Positions 58,580-64,000 of a stretch of DNA of 64,000 bases are shown one piece after another. The notes under the pieces were generated by a model. That model searched no databases. It was not told the DNA's origin and was given only the letters and a program-made list of their open reading frames with translations. Within the stretch, counting starts at the first letter, position 1. Each line of letters begins with the position of its first letter. The position numbers and the translations under genes were made by a program. The DNA is taken from contig OZ255842.1 in the NCBI GenBank assembly GCA_965277805.1, forward strand, positions 2,048,001-2,112,000, read 5' to 3'. This DNA comes from Candidatus Lustribacter sp. GTDB lineage: Bacteria > Vulcanimicrobiota > Vulcanimicrobiia > Vulcanimicrobiales > Vulcanimicrobiaceae.

Positions 58580-59458
58580 ATGCCGTACAGCTTCTCCCGC
58601 TTTCTGGCCGAACTGGGGCGATCGATTCCGATGCCCGAATTCGATCCGCCCACGCTCGTGCCGTTGCGCAAGCCCATCGCCGAGTCGACAATCGGGATGT
58701 TCGTCAGCTGCGGCGCGCAACTGCCCGAAGACCCGCCGCTGCTCGAGACGGAAGACATCACGTTCCGGTTGTTGCCACGCGACGTCCCGACCGATCGACT
58801 AGTCATTTCGCATCAAACGCTGGTACGGAAGTGGGCGGTAGAAGACCTGAACGTCGCATACCCGATCGACCGCATGAAGGAGCTGGAACGTGAGGGAACG
58901 TTCAAGCGGCTCGCGCACACAAACGTCTCAATGGTCGGTTCGATCGAGCGCTATACCGAATTGATGGAACAGACAGTGCCGCGGATGAAGGCCGTCTTTG
59001 ACTCGCAAGGTGTCGACCTCGTCTTGTTGCTGCCGTTCTGCCCCGCATGTCATCGGGCGACGGGCCTCGTCGCTCGGGCGTTGGAGGCCCGCGGGCTGCC
59101 GACCATTAGCACGAGCGTGCTGTGGGAAATGAGCGCTGCCGTCAAGCCGCCGCGCACGTGCTTCCTAGATTTTCCGCTAGGTTGCCCGGCCGGCAAGCCG
59201 CACGAAGTAGCGCAGCAGCGCGACATTCTCCGTCAAACGCTGCAACTCGCACCGGAGTTCGACGCCGACAGCTGGGCGATGAAGTCGCTGCCGTTTCAAT
59301 GGGATGCCGACGGAAGTCGCGACTGGGAGCGCGCGACAGAAGACCTCTACCGAAACGGTGGAATCAAGATTACCGATCGGCACATGGCGGCGCACGCAAA
59401 CGTCGGCGAGTCGTTACTTGGCAACGAGCGCGCCTTCGCAGTCAAATGTAACTGTTAA
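58580..59458 (+). CDS. PrdB/GrdB-family Cys homolog (CxxC) with a C-terminal CxC
   Basis: KPIAESTIG, EDLNVAYPIDRM, VLLLPFCPACHRATGLVARALEARGLPT, KPPR...DFPLG; ends KCNC-stop. Confidence 0.85.
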   Translation: MPYSFSRFLAELGRSIPMPEFDPPTLVPLRKPIAESTIGMFVSCGAQLPEDPPLLETEDITFRLLPRDVPTDRLVISHQTLVRKWAVEDLNVAYPIDRMKELEREGTFKRLAHTNVSMVGSIERYTELMEQTVPRMKAVFDSQGVDLVLLLPFCPACHRATGLVARALEARGLPTISTSVLWEMSAAVKPPRTCFLDFPLGCPAGKPHEVAQQRDILRQTLQLAPEFDADSWAMKSLPFQWDADGSRDWERATEDLYRNGGIKITDRHMAAHANVGESLLGNERAFAVKCNC

Positions 59459-60003
59459 TACGAACGGCCTATGTACCGTGCGCCATGCGCGAGCAGGCAT
59501 GTTAAAGTGATTCTTGCTTCGCACACCCGATCCACTTTAGCCACTGCGTGCTATGTGCGTCAGGTCATTGCTGGCGCTTGGCCGGTGTTCTGCGTGATGG
59601 GCTTACAACTGCGCACTCGAAAGGGTTACTTCTCTTTCGACGGATAGTGGACCGGGTCCAGAATTGCCCGGTCCGGTGCGCCACCTGCGGCAAACAACGG
59701 AAAATGAACCGAACAGTACTCGACGGTCAGCGCTTCAGAATCGCTTCCACAAGCGCTGCAACCGCAAGGCCACCAATGCGTACTAACGAGTCGACGGTTC
59801 GAATCGAAATCGACTGTTGTGGAAACGTGTCCGGACAAAGCCAGCCTAAGAATATGTAAGCCCTTCGTCATCTGCCAGCCCTCCCGCCGATGTGACGACG
59901 TTCCACTTGGTGGAGAGAAAACACGATTCCTAGCGGTGGTCCGGGCGGCGACCGGTCGGACACATTTCGATCTTGGCGAACCGGCACACGACAATCGTAT
60001 CTA

Positions 60004-60311
60004 CTAGTGAACCAGTTTTAGGATCGGGCCAGGAACGGACGCCATATAACGCCAGCCAACCTTCTCGACCATGCTCTCGATCGTGAACGGCTTTTCGAGC
60101 GGCTGCATGACCAACGTGGAAAGCCCGGGCTGGGTGATCCGGAGATGAGCATGGCCGCGCGCACTCCGCTGCGAAACATGGCAACGGCGACGAGCCGGGC
60201 GCTTTCGGTGGCCTCCTGAGCCGACGTTCCCAGCGAGCAGATGCGTGGCTCCGTACTCGTCGCAACAAAGCGTTCCCCGCGCGGTGCGACAATCAAATGA
60301 AGCGAGTCCAT
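60004..60311 (-). CDS. Hypothetical protein with an apparent 1-nt frameshift near 60143; weakly HicB-like N-terminus
   Basis: GGAGG upstream; MDSLHLIVAPRGERFVAT...GTSAQEATESAR...AMLI joins LRITQPGL...LEKPF in the next frame. Confidence 0.35.
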
Positions 60312-60451
60312 GTGCTGCACACACCTCCGAGCAACGAACGAAAAGATGGGGGGACTCATCCTAGCAGGCGGAGCGACTGCCTGTCCGTACGACAGCGCGC
60401 CCTAGACTGTGTGTCTACTTGACAAGCAACACTCTCGACGATGCGCCACAA

Positions 60452-60886
60452 TTAATCCCCGCTATGTAGTTTAATAGCGGCAGACCGCCAACGTTGCAAG
60501 CGGATCGGAAGCACGGCGGTTACTTCGCATCTCAGGGGGTTGGCGACAACGTCGAGATTGCGGGCGAGTTGGTTCACGATGTACAAGCCTCGGCCGCCTT
60601 GAGCGTAGAGTGGTTGAGGACGGAGAGTCGAGAGATCGAAACAATCGCCGTCGTCGGTGACGCGCAGCGTCGCCCATTCATCCTCGATCAACTCGACCTT
60701 CACGCTCGTTCGCGCGCACTTCACCGCGTTCGCAACGAGTTCACCAAAAATCAACGCGCCATCGTAGCGGGCTAGTTCGCCGGTGGGATTCGTTTTCACC
60801 ATGCGTGAGAACTCGTGCCGAGCTGAAACGGCCCCTCTGAGATCGCCGCCCTTGATCCACCATTCCCGTGCCGTCCGTTTCGTCAC
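60452..60886 (-). CDS. RsbW-like HATPase_c (anti-sigma factor) protein
   Basis: GELVANAVK, LRVTDDG, GGRGLYIVNQLA; GAGG SD. Confidence 0.85.
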   Translation of the reverse strand: MTKRTAREWWIKGGDLRGAVSARHEFSRMVKTNPTGELARYDGALIFGELVANAVKCARTSVKVELIEDEWATLRVTDDGDCFDLSTLRPQPLYAQGGRGLYIVNQLARNLDVVANPLRCEVTAVLPIRLQRWRSAAIKLHSGD

Positions 60887-61020
60887 ATCGCGTACCTCAC
60901 CGGTCTCATACCCAAATCAATGGCTCACTGCAAGCGGTTGCTGGTTTCCGTCCGGCTGTCTTATGCTCGTTGTTTCGAGCAATGCTTGCCTTGGCCTCAA
61001 ATGGGTACATTGGCACCCTT

Positions 61021-61758
61021 GTGATAAAATCGCAGCCGTCTCTGAACGACCTTTTAGCACATCTTCCTGACCGCGAATGGCACCTTCTGGCACCCCACGC
61101 GACGATCGTAAATCTTCATCACGCTGAGCAGATTTTTGATGACCATGATCCGGGAACGCTGACGTATTTTCCGCTCACGTCAATCGTTTCGATGATCGCC
61201 CAAATGGCCAACGGCGACGAATGCGAGTACGGGTGCATTGGTCGCGAAGGCATGCTGGGTTTGCACGTGGCCTTAGGAGCGCAACCCCTTCGGGGCCAAG
61301 GATTGTGCCAGCTGGAGGGAGCGGCAGTTCGTTTGGACGGAAAGATTCTGCAGAAACTTACGCACAACGGCGAAGCCCCCGAACTGCATCGCCTTTTGTT
61401 GCGCTATGCTCAGGCATCGATCAACGTGCTAGCGCAATCGGCGGCCTGCAATGCATTGCACAGTGTTTCAGCGCGGACAGCTCGGTGGCTGCTGCAAAGC
61501 CAAGACCGAGCGGGTGCAGATGAGTTTTCCTTGACACAAGAATTCTTGGCGCGAATGCTCGGCGTGCGCCGTGCGACGGTGACCGAAGTGGCTTTGGAAC
61601 TTCAGAAGCTCGGTATCATTACGTATACGCGCGGCCACATCACGGTTTTGGATCACGGCGCGCTCTTAGCAGTAAGCTGCGAATGCTACGAACTGATGAA
61701 GAATGAGTACGAACTTGTTTTCCAGGGTAGCGCGAATCACGCAAACCGGCGGACATAA
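61021..61758 (+). CDS. Crp/Fnr-family regulator
   Basis: IGREGMLG, QSAACNALHSV..RTARWLL, LTQEFLARMLGVRRATVT, SCECY. Confidence 0.92.
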   Translation: MIKSQPSLNDLLAHLPDREWHLLAPHATIVNLHHAEQIFDDHDPGTLTYFPLTSIVSMIAQMANGDECEYGCIGREGMLGLHVALGAQPLRGQGLCQLEGAAVRLDGKILQKLTHNGEAPELHRLLLRYAQASINVLAQSAACNALHSVSARTARWLLQSQDRAGADEFSLTQEFLARMLGVRRATVTEVALELQKLGIITYTRGHITVLDHGALLAVSCECYELMKNEYELVFQGSANHANRRT

Positions 61759-61854
61759 TTGCCCTAGTTTTCGGACTGGCCATAAGGTGACTGGCGAAGC
61801 TTCTTCGAGTCGCCTACGTGGTACACGTTCCTGCGACGCCCTCGCCGAAGCGCC

Positions 61855-62037
61855 TTACGTCCTTTCAGAATCATAAATCGATGGGCCCGGACGCCGTACT
61901 TCGGCGATGGCCGCATCCAACGCCAGCCACGCGCTTAATTTACACGAGCAGTTGTTTGCGAACTGGTCGCCTCCACAACCCTGCATCTCGTGTTGGCTGA
62001 GTGTGTGGCCGCAGGGGCATTTGACCAGATTTGTCAC
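61855..62037 (-). CDS. Cys/His-rich microprotein (60 aa)
   Basis: CPCGH-x4-H-x3-GC-x8-CSC...ALDAAI; GTGA coupling to the upstream paralog. Confidence 0.65.
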   Translation of the reverse strand: MTNLVKCPCGHTLSQHEMQGCGGDQFANNCSCKLSAWLALDAAIAEVRRPGPSIYDSERT

Positions 62038-62336
62038 GAGCGACGGTCTACGCGCCGCACGGTCATAGACGCTAGAACGTTGCGCCGCAGTCGCGCGTGC
62101 GATCCGTCGAACGATTTGATCCCGGCGTCGAGCGCCGCGACGTCCGAGCGCTTGCAATCACACGGGCCGCCACGCATCGCGACCCCACCACATCCCTGCG
62201 AATCGTGAAACGCTATGGTATGCCCGCATGCGCAATGAAGCGATTTCCTAAGACCTCGGCGATCAACGCCTTGATAACTATCCCTGCTGATATGCAACCT
62301 AGATACTCCGCTATCCGTTAGATGATTCCGGTCCAA
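62034..62336 (-). CDS. Cys/His-rich microprotein, paralog of the downstream gene; start uncertain
   Basis: CACGH-x4-H-x3-GC-x9-CDC...ALDAGI. Confidence 0.55.
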   Translation of the reverse strand: MDRNHLTDSGVSRLHISRDSYQGVDRRGLRKSLHCACGHTIAFHDSQGCGGVAMRGGPCDCKRSDVAALDAGIKSFDGSHARLRRNVLASMTVRRVDRRS

Positions 62337-62529
62337 GAGGCCCGGTCAAGAGTCTAACGCAGCCGGCATCGGGGTCGATGTGCTTGGGAGCACACGCGCC
62401 ATGAAACTTTGGTTAAGGGTGTCTGGCATTGCGCCGCGTTGCGCGAGCCTGCCGAAGTTGCGAAGAATTGTTGCGTGTCCATCTCGCCCGCGCGAGGCAG
62501 TTTCCACATCGGGCGCCAAGCACTCCCGC

Positions 62530-64000
62530 ATGAGCGGTCCCGCGCGCAACGTGCTCTTCATCATGGCCGATCAGTTACGCTGGGACTATCTCTCGTGCGC
62601 GATGCCGGGCCGCGTGGCGACGCCGAACATCGACGCCCTCGCCAAGCGCGGCGTGCGCTTCGACCGCGCCTACGTGCAATCGCCGATCTGCGGCCCCTCG
62701 CGCATGTCGACGTACACCGGCACCTACATGCGCACGCACGGCACGACCTGGAACGACGTGCCGCTGCGCCTCGATGAATGGACGCTCGGCGACTACCTGC
62801 GCCCGCTCGGCATGCGCACGCAACTGGTCGGCAAGACGCACATGCGCGCCGACATCGACGCAATCGAGCGCCTCGGCATCGACCGCAACTCCGAGTGCGG
62901 CAAGCTCCTGATCGAATGCGGCTTCGAAGCCTTCGAACGCGACGACGGCCTCCATCCCGAATCGCCCGCCATCCCGCCCGAGCGCCATGCCCAACTCCGC
63001 TACAACCAATACCTCAACGCGCTCGGCTACGACGGCCCCAACCCCTGGCACACGTGGGCCAACTCGTGGGAAGACGCGGACGGCACGATCCGCTCGGGCT
63101 GGCTGCTCGACGCCGGCCCGCATCCCGCGCGCGTCGCGGCCGAACATTCCGAAACGCCGTACATGACGCGCCGCGCAATCGAGTGCATCGAACGGTCCGT
63201 CGGCGCGCCGTGGTGCATCCACCTTTCGTTTATCAAGCCGCACTGGCCGTACATCGCGCCCGCACCGTATCACGCGCTCTACGGACCGGACGCTGTCCCG
63301 CCGGCCGTGCGCGGCGGAGGCGAGCGCCGAGCGCACCCGGTCCTCGACGCGTTCCAGCAACTGCACTACTCGCGAAGCTTCCAGCGCGACGACGTACGCC
63401 GCGCCGTCATCCCCGCCTACATGGGCCTGATCAAACAGATCGACGACGAGCTCGGCAAACTCTTCGCCTACCTCGAATCACACGCGTTGCTCGATTCGAC
63501 GATGATCGTCTTCACGAGCGATCACGGCGACTTTCTCGGCGATCACTGGCTCGGTGAAAAGGACTTCTTCCACGAACCCTCCGCCCGCGTTCCGCTGATC
63601 ATCGCCGATCCGCGCAAGGAAGCCGACGTCACGCGCGGCACGGCCAGCACGGCCCTCGTCGAGCAGATCGATCTCGCGCCGACGTTCATCGAATTCGCCG
63701 GCGGCACGCCCGCCTACCACCGCCTGCAAGGCCGCGCCCTCACGCCGCTGCTCCACGGAGCGGTGCCGCCCGATTGGCGCAGCGCCGCCTTCAGCGAGTT
63801 CGACTACGCGATCAACGGCGTGCGCCAAATCCTCGACACGCCGATCGATCGCTCGAAGATGCAGATGGTCGTCACCGATCGCTGGAAGCTGATGGCGTTC
63901 GACGGCTATCCGCCGATGGCGTTCGATCTGCACGACGACCCGCACGAACTCCACGACCGCGGCACCGATCCCGGCGCAGCGCACGCCGTCGCCGATCTGC
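62530..64000 (+). CDS. Sulfatase-family hydrolase (phosphonate monoester hydrolase-like), running off the window
   Basis: MSGPARNVLFIMADQLRWD, formylglycine motif CGPSR, KPHWPY, SDHGD; missing from the ORF track because no stop lies in the window. Confidence 0.92.
   Translation, partial: MSGPARNVLFIMADQLRWDYLSCAMPGRVATPNIDALAKRGVRFDRAYVQSPICGPSRMSTYTGTYMRTHGTTWNDVPLRLDEWTLGDYLRPLGMRTQLVGKTHMRADIDAIERLGIDRNSECGKLLIECGFEAFERDDGLHPESPAIPPERHAQLRYNQYLNALGYDGPNPWHTWANSWEDADGTIRSGWLLDAGPHPARVAAEHSETPYMTRRAIECIERSVGAPWCIHLSFIKPHWPYIAPAPYHALYGPDAVPPAVRGGGERRAHPVLDAFQQLHYSRSFQRDDVRRAVIPAYMGLIKQIDDELGKLFAYLESHALLDSTMIVFTSDHGDFLGDHWLGEKDFFHEPSARVPLIIADPRKEADVTRGTASTALVEQIDLAPTFIEFAGGTPAYHRLQGRALTPLLHGAVPPDWRSAAFSEFDYAINGVRQILDTPIDRSKMQMVVTDRWKLMAFDGYPPMAFDLHDDPHELHDRGTDPGAAHAVADL

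Noticed and set aside
62561-63984. ORFs 62575..63366, 62778..63557 and 63478..63984
   Set aside because: Shadows of the open sulfatase frame starting at 62530
1-64000. CRISPR array, tRNA/rRNA, prophage, transposase or defence system
   Set aside because: No regularly spaced repeats or hallmark genes were seen by eye

Overview
A GC-rich bacterial accessory region of about 65 genes, almost all devoted to aromatic or heteroaromatic catabolism. It encodes four Rieske oxygenase alpha subunits, four flavin monooxygenases, VOC, cupin and intradiol ring-cleavage enzymes, four amidohydrolase_2 enzymes, FAH and alpha/beta hydrolases, CoA ligase, transferase and lyase, an orphan molybdenum-hydroxylase large subunit, and IclR, TetR, MarR, XRE and Crp regulators. 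About 11 solute-binding proteins occur without any permease or ATPase. The orphan binding proteins, DUF5069 and DUF2798 are reminiscent of Eremiobacterota (Vulcanimicrobiota); this is an unverified inference. The most notable signal is at 44.5-59.5 kb, where a four-gene module occurs twice: tandem GlcG/HbpS-domain protein, Rieske oxygenase, YciI protein and PrdB/GrdB-like thiol/selenol reductase. In copy 1 the PrdB-like gene is split in the ORF track but appears to be one selenoprotein: an in-frame TGA at 50042-50044 gives U-P-L-C and is followed by a SECIS-like hairpin. An orphan lipoyl carrier (GcvH-like) starts 4 nt after it. In copy 2 the aligned motif is C-P-A-C, there is no GcvH, and the protein ends in C-N-C. 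Other signals are a 30-bp promoter/operator duplicated around the IclR gene, several genes with internal deletions or 1-nt frameshifts, and two tandem Cys/His microproteins. No rRNA, tRNA, CRISPR array, integrase or transposase was recognised. All family calls come from motif recognition by eye, not database searches.
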